A stretch of DNA of 64,000 nucleotides from Lama guanicoe (GCA_013239625.1 MU053559.1:3082324-3146323); one strand, 5' to 3'. Positions 11,969 through 25,280 are shown, counted from the stretch's first letter. Translations and numbers: made by a program. The notes: generated from the sequence alone by a model not told the origin.

Positions 11969-14900
11969 CTGAGAACTGTGGGAGAACAGAACAGACCTTA
12001 CACAAGAAGGAATCTTAACACATGAGAGTGGCATCGGAGTGCTGTGGAGAGCAGTCACAAGACCAGACCCTGGAGGGAACGAGGCGGCCAGACTTCCTGG
12101 GGCCGCACTCAAGCAGAGCCCCCAGGGGCAAAGGAACAGCCCTGAGTGCGCTGCATGGGACTGATGGCCTTAAGGGAGAGGGATATGGGGTCTCTGGGGG
12201 TGGGGCAGTGCTGGGTGGCCAGGTGCTTGTGGTCAGAAGCCTAGGGATGGGGAAAGGAGGCCTGCCCTCTTTGAATGGGTGTTATGCCTTCAATGATTTT
12301 CCAGAACATCCCAAACATAATTATTTTTAAGTCTTATTCTGTTCCCTAACATTGACTTCACCTGTGTTGAGTTCAGATCAGAATATTTTGTTAGATGTCT
12401 TCCACAGTGTGAGATTTCTTCACACGTTCTAGAATTTTTGTTTTCACATTCGTTTGGAGTATCTTTTCCTTTCTTTTTGTTTTCCTTTTCCATTGTTTTA
12501 TTTTCATTTGCATTTCTGACTTTGTCTGTTGAGTGGTTTGGCCATTGCCTCAGCTCAACATCCCTTTAGCAGCAGGAAATTAAATACAATTGGCACACAC
12601 CCCCTCTGTTTCCTGGCTTTCTCACTCCATATACTATTAAAGAACAACTGTCTGTGGAAAATGAAACCACCACTTCCATCCTGAACCTGCGGCATCTCTT
12701 AGAATATGATTCTGCACCAACTCAGACTTCTCTCTTACCGGGTCCCCAGCCAGGCCCTCTTTCTAGGCTGAGGCTCTACCCTCTGTGTGCACAGACTGCA
12801 ATCAAATTTTTGTGAACTTGACCCCAGTAGAGGTTTGATGCAGGGGCATGGCCCTCTTTCTATCTCCACCAGCTTCTTCTGTATAAACCAATCTAGAATC
12901 TTTGTTTCCATTTGTTTGGGGGACAGAGAAAAACTTTCTGAAGTGAAAGGGAAGAACAAAGCAGGCATTCAGAGAAAAGCAAAACTTAAAAAGATGAAGA
13001 GAGAGGATTCATGAGTTCCCCATTATCCTCAAGCCTGTTCTCTGCCTTTCCTGAAGTTTGATTGGCTAACTCTTCTCTCAATTCTGGGGCACACCTTAGT
13101 ATCCTTATAATAAACCTCTTATATATAATTTTTATTTGTATTTATGTGTTTTGGGCATCTTTGGTCCAGTGTGTTTATGACTCCTGTGCCAAGCACCACT
13201 GCACTCACATTCTGGGACTCCATGCTCCCAGAACTCCTGCTTTGAAGTAGCCATCTTGGCTCTCACTATACAGTTGGCGAGTTTGGACATCTCTTGATAC
13301 AAGCAAACTTTGTCAGGAAGATGGGATTTGGTCAGGAAAACAGAGTCATTCTCTGTATTGTGGGAAGCCAAGGGCTTGAGAGCCTACACGATGTGGGGAA
13401 GCTGGGGGAGTGAGGGTCTGCAGGCTGCAGCTGGGAGGGTTGGAGAAACAGTCACCAGTGCCTCCAGCATGAAGCACCGGACTGGTTCTCAGAAGTTCTC
13501 CAGGGAATTATCACAATTCTCAAGCGAAAATGGCTGAACAAAATGATCTTGAAGGTCCTTTCCAGTTTTAAGATATGCTGACTGTTTAACATGGTCCAGA
13601 TAGTATCTTTGGTAGACTGGCCAATAGCAAGGAAAATGTGAAAGATTGGGTAGCTGGATGAGTCAGTAATGTGACAAGAGCCCCTTGCACACTGGCCTGT
13701 GATTGGGTAGGCAAAGCCCAGTGTTTCAGCACCATTTGTTTTTCCCATTACTGTGACTTTCCTAAACAAACCATCCCCCCCCCACCAATCCTTAGCTATC
13801 TCCCTTGGTTCTGCCCCCTGATTTCTGTACAGTCACTTGCCTTGGAAGATACGCTCTCCTGCCCCAGCTGACTGCTCAGTGCTGGTCCATGAATGGTATC
13901 ATTATTCCCAGCATGATTGGAGCTGACAGAAACACTTTCGCCCCCTCTGTCTCCTTGACCAATTTGCTTAACCAAACGTGCGAGGACCTGGGACAAAGAC
14001 CCATACCTTCCTCCCGCTTAAAAAATTATCCCACCTTTTCCAAACCTCTTCTTCAGTCAGCCCGTTTGCTCACCTCTCCTCACTGAATATGTAAAATCGT
14101 TCCTGTACATTAAGAGGTTGTGAAAGATTTACTTGCCTGAGTCACGTGATTTTCAAAACGTGTTAATTATGCGTTACTCACATACTCTGAGCTCTTGCTG
14201 CTCCTGTCATTTTATTGGACTGGGGAGGAGGTATTTGTAGTGGTTACATAATCCTCAGACTTGCTGACAGGGAATTTCACCACCATAATATGCTTAAGTG
14301 AGGGTCCTCAATTTTGATTCATTGTCCTGATGAAATAAAATCCTTCTGGTATTTTCTTCCCTTAGATGGTAAAGGAAGACAGCATTATCTTTTATCTAGA
14401 TGTTCAACTTCACTTTCGTAGACAGATATCATTGAAAGATTGAAATAATAATGATGGTCTAAACAGAGAACTCAAAATTCCTGTAACTGAAGATGAATGT
14501 GTTTTCATTTTTTTATTAAAATGAAGTTTATTTATTTTTTAAACCATAGAGCAATATTTCATCCCCTCAAATTTTAGCTTCAAAAAGGATGCTCGGTTCA
14601 GTACTCATAAACATGGTGAAATTTATTGATCAGAAATGCTATTATTTCTCCATAGTTGCTGTAAATGGTATGATTATCATACAGACTGAAATAGAACACT
14701 TGGCAGCTCTTTCTTGCTTATTGACTGTAATTAATCTTGAAACCAGTCTTATTTGTCAATTTTAAAAAATGAGTCAGTGAAACACACAGTTAACACATGG
14801 CATGACTCTATGACAAATAGACATGATTCATGGTCCAGAGCAGGTCCATGCAGAATCCAGCTTTGCCTTTGATTAAATGATAGTGTATGTTTATACAGCT

Positions 14901-15038
14901 TCCTCCAAGTACTTACGGAAACCCTGTATTTGAGGCTGAAATGTGTGTCCTACCACTTTGTCTTTTCAGCAGCATGGGTCGATTATTTTCAGTCAAAGAA
15001 ATTTTTGTCCCATCTGTACAATCAAAGCAATTATGAAT

Positions 15039-15480
15039 TGTGGCAGTCTTAAAATGCATCCACAGATTCTTTGGCATTCTTCCCAGGTGGTTCTATGACC
15101 TCTCCACCTTAATCTGTGCTGATCTGAGAAACTCACTTGTAATCAATAGAATCAGTAGAGTGACCTCCATAACTTTTGAAGCAAGTTCATAGAAGGCCAC
15201 GTAGCTTCTGCTTGGTTTTCTTGGGATATTTGCTGTGGGGGAAGCCAGGTGCCATGTGAGAAACCCGACCACCCTGAGACCCTAATGCTGTTGAGTGGAG
15301 ATGCTCCAGTTTGACAGCCAACTGAACTTCCAGCCAACAACCAAACTGTTACCCGTATAAGTGAGCCATTTTGAACGTGCAGCTCAGTTGAACTTTCAGA
15401 TGACTCCAGTCATTGAGAGTCCAAGCAAGAACAGCCCAGGTGAGCCCTTCTCCAATTCTGCAGTCAAATAGTTTTAGAGA
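15039..15480 (+). mobile_element. MaLR LTR (MLT1 family)
   Basis: tgtggcag start, gaagccaggtgccatgtgag and cccaggtgagcccttc motifs. Confidence 0.65.
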
Positions 15481-16511
15481 GAATCCTGCATCTTAGGAGA
15501 CTGAAAATGTACATTGTAATATTAAAGGCTCTGGTAAGTCCTGCAGTATGGAAATCTATTCAGCTTAAATTTATTTATCCAGGGAGCCGTTTTGTCTTGT
15601 GACACTGTTAGGATCTGATTGATAAAATTAACACTCTGATTAATATAGTTTTCAATTATAAAATTTTTAAGTGATAGCTTGGGACCATAACTTGGCTCAA
15701 AATTCAGGAAGAGAGCTTGCTGTAGTTGCAATGGTTAATTGACTTCATCTTGATAAAGAAATCAAACTTCCATGGGGAGGTATGAATAATATGGATGAGT
15801 GGAGGATCTGAAATGTATCAGGAAGTAAGAGGCTATTGGTTAAACCGGAAATTATGCACAATGCAGGGAATTCATCAGCAATCATCAGAAAGGAAGATAC
15901 TTATGGCTGGGAAAACAATGTCCCTTGGTTCTGCTTCTTTCGGTTGTCAAAGGAGTGGCAGAAACTCCTGGCTGGGTCTCAGAGCAAATCAATTTATCTG
16001 TCCACCTCCCTCCCTCCCTCCCTAGCCATCCATCCATCTTCATTCATTTCATTTGAATAGGCAATATATTCATGTAGTATAAAATTCACAAGATATAGAG
16101 GGTTATACACCGAAAACTCTTCCTCCCTCTCTGTCTTTCAACCAGTGTTTCCAGTTTTTTGCCTACCCTGCAGGGTTAACTTAAGCTTATATAAGCAAAT
16201 ACATATACATGTTCTTAGAGAAAAGTAATATACTATACATATTTTATTCTGCACCTTGTTATTTTTCAGGTAAAAATATATATTCAGAGTCATCGCATAT
16301 CCATACGTGGAAATTTTCCTTATTCCTATTTTTCTCGTATCCACCCTTCCATTGTATGGATGTATCATAATGTAATTAACCAGCCACTTACTGGGGGGCC
16401 TTTTCCTATTATAAACAATGTTGCAATGAATAAATTTGGACAAGCATCACTTTGCATGTGTGCAAACGTATCTGAGGATAAATTACTAGACATGATATTG
16501 CTGGGTCAAAT

Positions 16512-16975
16512 AGTGGCAGGTTTTGTTGGTGCCTGGCCCAGACCTCTTCCTGAGGACTGGTGTACCCATTCCCGAGCTGCTGCAGATGTTGGTTGCAACA
16601 AGCTCACACCTGCTTTCTTTTCTGGGGAACTGCTGTTAACTGACAGCTGCTGCCTGGCCCACAGATGTCTTGAAAGTCACACACCCTTCTGGGACAGCCC
16701 TTGGCCAGTGACTGACAGATGTGTGGGTATAATGGTCCAGCTGACTTGTCTTTGGGCAGAACAACCTCTGTTGTGCAATTTTCACTCAAGAGCTCCTTGC
16801 AGGATAGGCCTGAGGCTAGACAGATCTTAAGCCACATCTTGCCCTAGTGCCTTCCCCTGCCACCCTGCTTCCCTTACTCCCCTGCAGGTTTTTGCCTGAG
16901 AACATTCCTTCAATAAGTTATATGCACAAGAATCCCTGCCTCAGCCTCAGTTTCTAGGGAGCCTGGCCTAAGACA
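16512..16975 (+). mobile_element. ERVL LTR16-like solo LTR, nested in an old L1 fragment
   Basis: Terminal region cttcaataagttatatgcacaagaatccctgcctcagcctcagtttctagggagcctggcctaagaca is typical of LTR16. Confidence 0.7.
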
Positions 16976-17000
16976 AATGGTATGTGTACATGTAATTTTT

Positions 17001-17423
17001 TAAGTTGAAGTATAGTTAATTTATAATGTGTTAGTTTCTGGTATATAGCAAAGTGATTCACACATATATATATATATATTCTTTTTATTATAGGTTATTA
17101 CAAGTTCTTGAATATAGTTCCCTGTGCGATACCTTGTTGTTTATCTATTTTGTATATAGTAGTTTGTATCTGCTAATCCCAAACTCCTAATTTATCCTTC
17201 CCCCACCTTTCCCCTTTGGTAACCATAAGCTTGTTTTCTATGTCTGTGAGTCTGTCTCTGTTTTGTAAATAAGTTCATGTATGTCATTTTTTTAGATTCC
17301 ACATATAAGTGATATCATGTGATATTTGTCTTTCTCTGACTTCACTTCCTATGATAATCTCTGGGTCCATCCATGTTGCTGCAGATGACATTATTTCATC
17401 TTTTTTATGACTGAGTAATATTC

Positions 17424-17465
<42 letters not shown>

Positions 17466-17679
17466 CATGTCTTCTTTATCCATTCATCTGTCTATGGATA
17501 TTTAGGTTGCTTCCATTTCTTGGCTATTGTAAATAGTGCTGCTGTGAACATAGGGGTTCATGTATCTTTTCAAATTAGAGTTTCCTCTGGATATATGCCC
17601 AGGGGTGGGATTGCTGGATCATATGGTAACTTTATTTTTATTTTTTAAAGGAAACTCCATTCTGTTTTCCATAGTGGCT
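17001..17679 (-). mobile_element. 5'-truncated L1 3' end
   Basis: Canonical L1 3' UTR. TSD tgtg(t/c)acatgtaattttt at 16983-17000 and 17680-17697. Confidence 0.9.
17426..17462. repeat. (TG)n microsatellite inside L1
   Basis: Read directly from the sequence. Confidence 0.97.
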
Positions 17680-18776
17680 TGTGCACATGTAATTTTTATA
17701 GATTCATAGATATTGCTCAGTTGCTTCCACAGAGGTTGTACCAATGTAGATTCATTCTAGCAATGTAAGAAAGTGTTAGGGAAAATCGTATCATCTTAAT
17801 TGCTCATCTAATATTAGTAAAAGTGAAGGCATGCTGCATCTTATTTTGGTGTAGTACCTTTGAAGTGGTGTCCCCCTACTTTTAAAAAATTTCTGTGTTT
17901 CTAGAGGACCTGGGATAGGTGTCTGCTTAAAAAGTTATGTTTCCATCTCAATAGCCATGTGACCACTGACCCCAGGGCCCTTCTACTTGCTGTGGGTGCC
18001 AGGGAATGCTGAAAAGTAGATTATGGGGAGGGCCATGGGCAGAGGGAAGTGTTAGGAAGGATTAGTATATTTTAGGATATAGCAAGATATAAGGGCTGGT
18101 GTCATAATTTTTAAAATCCTGACAAAGTACGGAATACTCAGATGGGAGGAAAATATTTTGGACTCATAGGGAGATTCTGAGTCCAAAGTTGACCAGTGCT
18201 TTTAGGCAGCACGTGATTTACATGAGCCAGAGGCAGTCGGCTGTGGGCTTTCAGATTCATTCCCAGCTCCGCTGCCTTCTAACTCTACGCCATTATCTTT
18301 CTGAGTCTTGGTTTTGTTTTCAGTAAAACAGTAATAATAATGCCTATCCTGCAAAGTTATCAAGGATATTCAATGTGTTTGGTCCCAGGTTGGGGCTCAG
18401 TAAAGAGTAGTGGAAAGGTAGGAGGAATTGTGGTTATTATTATCAGAGAGCGCTCCTCAGTTATGATGAAAGGTTTCAACACTAGATGTCTAGTACAGAA
18501 GAGGGCCCAGGAGAAGGGCTCCTGGTCTTCAAATGCCAACAGCCCCCACTTCTCGCCACTTCTTTATATTGTTCTGTTCCAGTTCTTTTACGTTAACAAA
18601 GGCCCGTACTCCCCTCTCGCTGTCTCCATCTCTCAGTTCATCCAGGGGCTGGCAGAGACCACCAATAAAAAGCCAGAGCAGGTGGCTGGCAGGGTCTTCT
18701 CTGCTGGTAAATGTTTGGGAACCCAAGGACCTGTACTCAAGAGGAAGGACTAACTGCCTATATGCCAAAGGATTCT

Positions 18777-18954
18777 TTTTTTTTTCATATTTTATTTTTT
18801 TATTTTTAATGGAGGTACTGGGGATTGAACTCGGGACCTCATGCATGCTAAGCATGTGCTCTACCACTGAACTATACCCCCACCCCCCTTATTGAACTAT
18901 ACCCATCCCCCCACTGAGCTATACCCATCCCCTCACTGAGCTATACCCATCCCC
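18777..18954 (-). mobile_element. tRNA-derived SINE (vic-1-like) with a tandemly reiterated 5' head
   Basis: SINE body ggaggtactggggattgaactc...ctaccactga. Degenerate TSD tgccaaaggattct (18763-18776) and tggcaaagggttct (18955-18968). Confidence 0.88.
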
Positions 18955-19707
18955 TGGCAAAGGGTTCTAATGGTGGGAAGTTTTCCCATTTCCAGTGAGG
19001 GCAACATAAAAGGAAATGGAGAAGCTGGAGTAGAAGGGGTTAGGATGGACTTAAGCAAGTTCTTCCAAGACCCTCAGTGCTAGAAGATTCCATACTGTGA
19101 GCACATTGCCTCTAGATTTATTTGAGTATAGTCCAGCTTTATGGTTCAGCATTGGCTTTGTATTAACTAAGCCACCCAATGTTCCCACACATGATACAAA
19201 ATGCACACATTAAGAACAAAGCCAAGGATTTTTTTTTAAATCCTTCATTATATTTAAAGTCATTCTGGGGGAAAGTCTCAAATTAGGCTCTTTCATTATA
19301 TTCCCCACTGTTGTCCTGCTCATGAATGTTGATTTGTATAATGAGTAGGGTTGTGAACAACTTTATTTGCTTATTTATTTTGGTGGAGGAAGGGATGCTG
19401 TTCTCAGAAAGGAAAATTGGAACATTTAAGAAATGTTTATGCTGAAAGAGTTTTCCTTGCTTTGGAAAAATAAGGCAGCCAGATCTGTTTGGAGCCTTTC
19501 ATGTTAGGTACTAGTTTCAGAGTATGTCTTCACATCTTGTAAAATAATCATTGCATAAATTATTTACCCTCTTTTCCAGAATAAAGTACTTCTTGGTACC
19601 CACACCTGAGAGAACTTACAGATGCAGTTTGGGGTGGAGTGTGATATTTGCTTTTTTTTCTTTTGCAGTAGGGAAGGCAGATTGGGTAAGGGCACATGCT
19701 CCATGAT

Positions 19708-19830
19708 CTAGGCTGCCATGTTGCACAACTCCAAGACACTAGTACAGTGTATCCTATGTAAATGGCGCCCCCTGGAATTCAGCAGTGTAAATGGTGCACC
19801 TTGGAGTTGTGCATCACTTAGTAATGCCCA
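19708..19830. mobile_element. MER91-like non-autonomous DNA transposon (palindromic)
   Basis: Perfect 14-bp inverted repeat tgcacaactccaag (19722-19735) and cttggagttgtgca (19800-19813), with internal aatggcgccccctgga. Confidence 0.7.
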
Positions 19831-20969
19831 GGTTTTGCTTCTCAATGCCACTTTTGGGGTCTTGCCTCATCTAGTGTCTCTAAGAAGCATTATCAACAGT
19901 CCACACTACCATGGCAACAACTTGAGGTCAGTGTTGTCAGAGCAGAAGTTGGCAGTCAAATCCAGCTTAAGATACTCTCCTTCCTTTGAGCACTGCTAGG
20001 GTGTGGAAGAATGACTAAGGCTTGGCGCCTCATGGTACTCACAGCACAGGGGGTGATCCATCAGAGGCAGGAGATTTTGGTCTTGTGGTCTATGTGTATG
20101 GCGACCATATTTTTTTCAAACCAAAATCAGGACAAATAGTCTGGCAAAGGATTATTTATGGTCTGTGAATATACTGAAAAGGAATCTCACAAATAGCTTT
20201 TAGTGATTTATGTGACAAATCATTGTGCAGGAAATAATGAAATTGTTAAATTGATGTCATCTCCAGAATTTTAATGTACACTTGTTGTCTATAATATGAA
20301 TAGCTACCATTTATAGGAGGCTTATCATTGAAGCTTCAAATTAAGCTTCAGAAATGATCTCAGTTTCTCCTCAGGACAACTCTGGTTGGTGGGCACTATC
20401 AGCCCGTTTTATAGAGGGGATAACCGACGTCTTGAGATGGGAAGTAGCTTACAAGATTATGTCTAGTAAATGGTAGAGGTGACAGTCCTACCCATAGGTT
20501 GGCAGAACCCATTCTCTTCAACCGCACAACACTGTACCATCTCTCCTATTTCATGAGGGCTCTTTCATTGGCAAGTTATACTGTGAAATGTAGCAAAAAG
20601 CTGTACTTCCATTAGGCCAAGAGAGTTCCAACTCTCTCCTGTTGGTGGAGAATAAGATATTCCTTATCTCTTCAGTTTAGTTCAGGGCAGCAAACGTTTA
20701 TTAAGCGTTTACTTGATACCAGGCATGAGGCTAGTGGTTATGGAATATAAAGATTAATGAATGTTAATACTGTATTTTTCCTACCCTGAAGATATGTGGA
20801 TGAGAGGGAAAAGGTAAGCACACAAGTTAATAAAAAGCCAACTGTAATAAGTGACATATTTGAGAAGCTAATTGCTGCGAGAGTTTCAGAAAGGTAGCAA
20901 TTAAATCAGACGAGGGAAGATTCCTACAAAAATTGGCATTTAATTAGGGCACTGGAAGATTGTAAGGCT

Positions 20970-21452
20970 ATCATGGTTACTATGGTTGTGTAATAATTTA
21001 CCCCCAAACTTTGTGGCATTAAACAATCATTTTACTCTGTTAAAAATCTTATGTTCAGGAATTCAGGAAGATCTCAGCTGAGCAATTCTTGCTTGGCATC
21101 TCTTAAGTGATTATGATCAGATGTGACTGGGGCTGCAGTCGTCTGAAGGCTCTGGTGTCTGGACATCCAAGATGGCGCACTCATTGGCTTTGATGCTGGC
21201 TGTCAGTGGGAACCCAGCTGGGAGCTCATCTGGGCTGCCAGGGCCTCTGTAGCATAGTGGTCTTAGGCAGATGTTGTGTGGACTTTTCTTACCTAGCCTT
21301 GGAAGTCACACAGCATCACTTTTGCCACATTCTACTGGTAATATGAGAGTCACCATGGCCAGCCCAGATTCAAGGGAAGGGGTTATAGGCTCCACCTCTT
21401 GAAGGGAGGAGGATCAAGGTCACACTGTCAAAGAGAATGAACAATCTGCCAC
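20970..21452 (-). mobile_element. MaLR LTR (old MLT1 family)
   Basis: Motifs acatccaagatggc, gccttggaagtcacacagcatcactt and ccagcccagattcaaggg. Confidence 0.7.
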
Positions 21453-22104
21453 AAAGGTGTGACAGGTGGAGGTGTGGGCAAAGGGACTTCTAGTCAGATA
21501 AGACAACAGGAGTGGGGAACAGGGGTGTTAAAGGAAGGACAAGTTGTCTGGTGTTGCTAGGATGAGGAGTATGATGATTTGGGGGAGATAAATTTGAAAA
21601 ATATTTTGGGTCCTGTTCACAGAGGGCTTTAAAAGCCAGAATGCTGAGTCTGGATTTATTGAGAGGCTAACCTAGTGATGAGATTAAGAGCATGGCTTTG
21701 GAGTCAGCTAGAATACTTTCCAGATCAACCCTTTACTAACTGTGTGACCTTGGGTGAATTCCTTCCCCTTCCAGGGGCTCAATGTTCTTATCTATGGGAG
21801 AAAATAATTATACCTTTGCTACAGTTTTACTTTACAGGATAAGAAAATGAATATAAATCACTCTGAGAGTCATAAGGTAGCCTATGAGAGTGTTTGAGGA
21901 TAAAGTAACATGACCATATTTGTTATTCAAAAGATTCCAGAAGGCAGCTAATAAGCCTGAAGTCAGGAAGACCAGTTAGGAAGAGATTATATTACACTGG
22001 TTAAGAAGCCATGAGAGCCTGAGCTGGGGTGGTGACTGGAGAGGGCTTAGAATAACAAGATGTTGAGGAGATAGTGGTGGTGTCATTTTTTTTTTGGGGT
22101 AGAT

Positions 22105-22852
22105 CTTTTTAAATTTTATTTTATTTTTTTATTGAAGTATAGTCAGTTTACAATGTTGTGTCAATTTCTGGTGTACAGCATAATGTTTCAGTCATAAATA
22201 TACATACATATATGCATTTTCATATTTTTTTATTGTAGGTTACTACAAGATATTGAGTATAGTTCCCTGTGCTATACAGTAGAAACTTGTTGATTATCTA
22301 TTTTATATATAGTAGTTAGTATCTGCAAATCTCAAACTCACAATTTATTTCTCTTCACCCCCTTTACCCCCCCATAACCATAAGTTTGTTTTCTACGTTG
22401 TGTGTCTATCTCTGTATTGTAAATAATACACATGGAATCATTTTTTTTAGATTCCTCATGTAAATGACATCATATGGTATTTTTCTTTCTCTGAATTAGT
22501 TCACATAGTATGATCTCCAGGTCCATCTATGTTGCTGCAAGTGGCATTATTTTATTCTTTTTTATGGCTGAGCAGTATTCCATTGTATAAATATACCACA
22601 GCTTCTTTATCCAGTCATCTGTCAGTGGACATTTAGGTTGTTTCAATGGCTATTGTAAATAGTGCTGCTATGAACATTGCGGTACATGTATCTTTTCCAA
22701 TTATAGTTCCTTCCAGATATATGCCCAGGAGTGGGATTGCTGGATCACATGGTAAGTCTATTTTTAGTTTTTTTATGGAATCTCCATGCTGTTTTCCATA
22801 ATGGCTGCACCAATTTACATTCCCATCAACAGTGTAGGAGGAATCCCTTTTC
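22105..22852 (-). mobile_element. 5'-truncated L1 3' end
   Basis: Poly-T plus L1 3' UTR. The reverse-strand ORF contains [18 protein letters not shown] (end of ORF2). Confidence 0.9.
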
Positions 22853-23024
22853 AAGGAGATAGAGGTTTTATTTGGTGGCTCATTGGCTACAAGGGTGAAG
22901 GAGAGTGCGAATCTGACTTGGTTCAGAGGTCAGAAGTCAGAGCTCAAGTCCTTCTGGTTGGGGTGCTGAAAAGAGGCAGAATTTCTGCTGTCTAGGATTG
23001 CTCTTGCTCTCCATATAAGGGAGG

Positions 23025-23485
23025 TGTCTTCAGCAAGCTTCCAGAAACAGAACCTGAGACATAAGCTCTTGGGTGAGTGATTTATTGAGTGTTCTCAGGA
23101 GAAAGAGGGTGCAGGAGAAGGATGGAGCAGAGGAAGACATTAAGAAAGGAGGTGGTCTCATATGATGACCAGCTTCAGCTGGTTCCCACCGGAAGCTCTG
23201 CAGGTTGATTGCACCACACAATGTGTCACACCTTGAGGTGAGGGAGCCTGCCTTTTGTCCTTCTCCATCAGTCAGTCAGTCCATCAGTCGTAGCTTTGGG
23301 CTGCCTGGGGGTGATGGGGTAAGAAGTAATCTTCCTTGCCAGATGGCTCCACTTGGCCAAGAGCAATCCTCTGGAGAAGAGGGCAGCTGTGAGCTCTCAG
23401 TAACCACCATTCCTGGCAGCTTGGGGATTAGTGTACTGGCCTGTAAAAGAGGATTTGGCTGAGGTACCACTGGTGTCGATTGCAA
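23025..23485 (-). mobile_element. ERVL LTR (LTR16/LTR33-like)
   Basis: tgtcttcagcaagcttccagaaacagaacctgagac...gatttattgag is the reverse of an LTR16-type 3' end. Confidence 0.65.
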
Positions 23486-23641
23486 GGGTCAGAGTTTCAA
23501 TCAGTCTGCTCAATACCTTTCCCAAGCCAGGGAACCAGTGCAATTGAACTTTTGCTCAGCATGCTTATGTTCATTACATAAAATTCCTTTAGGTGGCACG
23601 TTGTGATAATTACTAGTGTTTGGGAAGTCATCTTTTCTTCT

Positions 23642-24097
23642 GTTTTTTTATTGAAATATAGTTGATTTACAATGTTGTGTTAGTTTCAGGTGTACAGCAA
23701 AGTGATTCAGTCTTACATGTACATACATATATATAGATATATTTTCAGATTCTTTTCCATTATAGCTTATTACAAGAAATTAAATGAAGTTCCCCTGTGC
23801 TAGCCAGTAGGTCCTTGTTTATTTATTTTATATATAGTAGTGTGTGTCTACTAATCCCAAACTCCTAATTTATCCCTCCTTCCCTTTCCCCTTTGGTAAC
23901 CGTAGTTTGTTTTCTATGTCCATGAGTCTATTTCTGTTTCGTAAATAAGTTCATTTGTATGTTTTTTTTTAGATTCCATATATAAGTGATATCATATGAC
24001 ATTTGTCTTTCTCTGTCTGACTTATCTCACTTAGTATGATAATCTTTAGGTCCATCCATGTTGCTGCAAATGACATTATTTCATTCTCTTTTTATGC
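23642..24097 (-). mobile_element. 5'-truncated L1 3' end
   Basis: L1 3' UTR with a 13-bp TSD catcttttcttct at 23629-23641 and 24098-24110. Confidence 0.92.
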
Positions 24098-25197
24098 CAT
24101 CTTTTCTTCTTAAAGGATCTTAGGGTATGGCATTGTGTATGTGTAGACTGCTGAAATGGAGGCCAGCAGCCAGTCAGTAGAGCCTCTCAGCCTACAGAGA
24201 GAGAGAGAGAGGGAGGGAGAGAGGACAGGAAAGCAAGAGAGGCCCATGGAACAGATAGCACATGGAGATGTACATTACATCGCATTTACTGAAGAACTGC
24301 CCCCCCCCATCATTTATGTACCTGTCAAAGGACCCAGCAGGGCCTCTTTATTTCATCTCTGGCTCTGTGATCTTCTGTTTTATGCACACTGGATTTGATT
24401 GGGATTAGACAAATCACTGTTTTCTTTGAAAAGGGAAACTTCTGAAGTAATCTCTGAATGTAGCGCATGATAAACTTAACTTTTCACATAGATCCTGTTT
24501 GCCTTTTTAAAGTCAATATAAATGATTAAATGGGAATAACTTACATAATTCAAGGTAAACACATACACACATACCAAATCTTTAGATGAATGGTTTGGCT
24601 GCACGCCACCAGATATCTCCCACTTCCCTTTTATTATTAGAAGCGAACACAAAACCAAATCAACACCATCAAGGGTTTTCCCACTTGGAAAGGATATTGC
24701 ATTCCTGAGCAGTCCAAAGGTTACACTACTCATGACAATTGTATATTGTTTTCTCTAAAGTTCATGGGAAGATAGTGGTTATTTTCTTCCTTCATACCAG
24801 CTTTCCAGCACCCATTGTGCTTCTAAAAGGGAGAAGTACATCTTTTGTGCATTTTGCAAAGTGACCCTCTTTGGAAAGTCTCCCTACTGGGCTAAGCCTA
24901 TTTACCGCCAGGGTTCTAACTGTGTTTCGTTAAAGCAGCCTGAATGGACTGACATCCTCTATTTCAGAAGGAGAGAAGACATTCATAAAAACCACTAAGA
25001 CGATCACCATTCTTGTATAGGACAGATAACTATGTAAGAATGAGCTACTGGAGGTCAGAGGTTGTATTTTGACCGGATGGCCATAAATAAATTGTTTCCA
25101 AATCTGTGTTAGGTGCCACTGCATTGAGTGAACTAATTAAATCCTAAAGATTAAATGCTTGTGTGGTTTCTCACTTCTATCAAGGTTAATACTCAAG

Positions 25198-25280
25198 GAG
25201 GGGAGGGTACAGCTCGGTGGTAGAGCACATGCCTAGCATGCACCAGGTCCTGCGTTCAATCCCCAACCATGAAAAAAAAA
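25198..25280 (+). mobile_element. Short tRNA-derived SINE (vic-1-like, head plus poly-A only)
   Basis: gggagggtacagctcggtggtagagc...gttcaatcccc followed by an A-run. TSD aat(a/t)ctcaag at 25188-25197 and 25281-25290. Confidence 0.85.

Noticed and set aside
18865..18955. Short direct repeats as a possible CRISPR array
   Set aside because: Units are adjacent with no unique spacers, derive from a SINE head, and the DNA is mammalian.
25198..25270. tRNA-like sequence with A and B boxes (also at the other SINE heads)
   Set aside because: Has a poly-A tail and TSD and lacks a complete acceptor stem, so it is a SINE rather than a tRNA gene.
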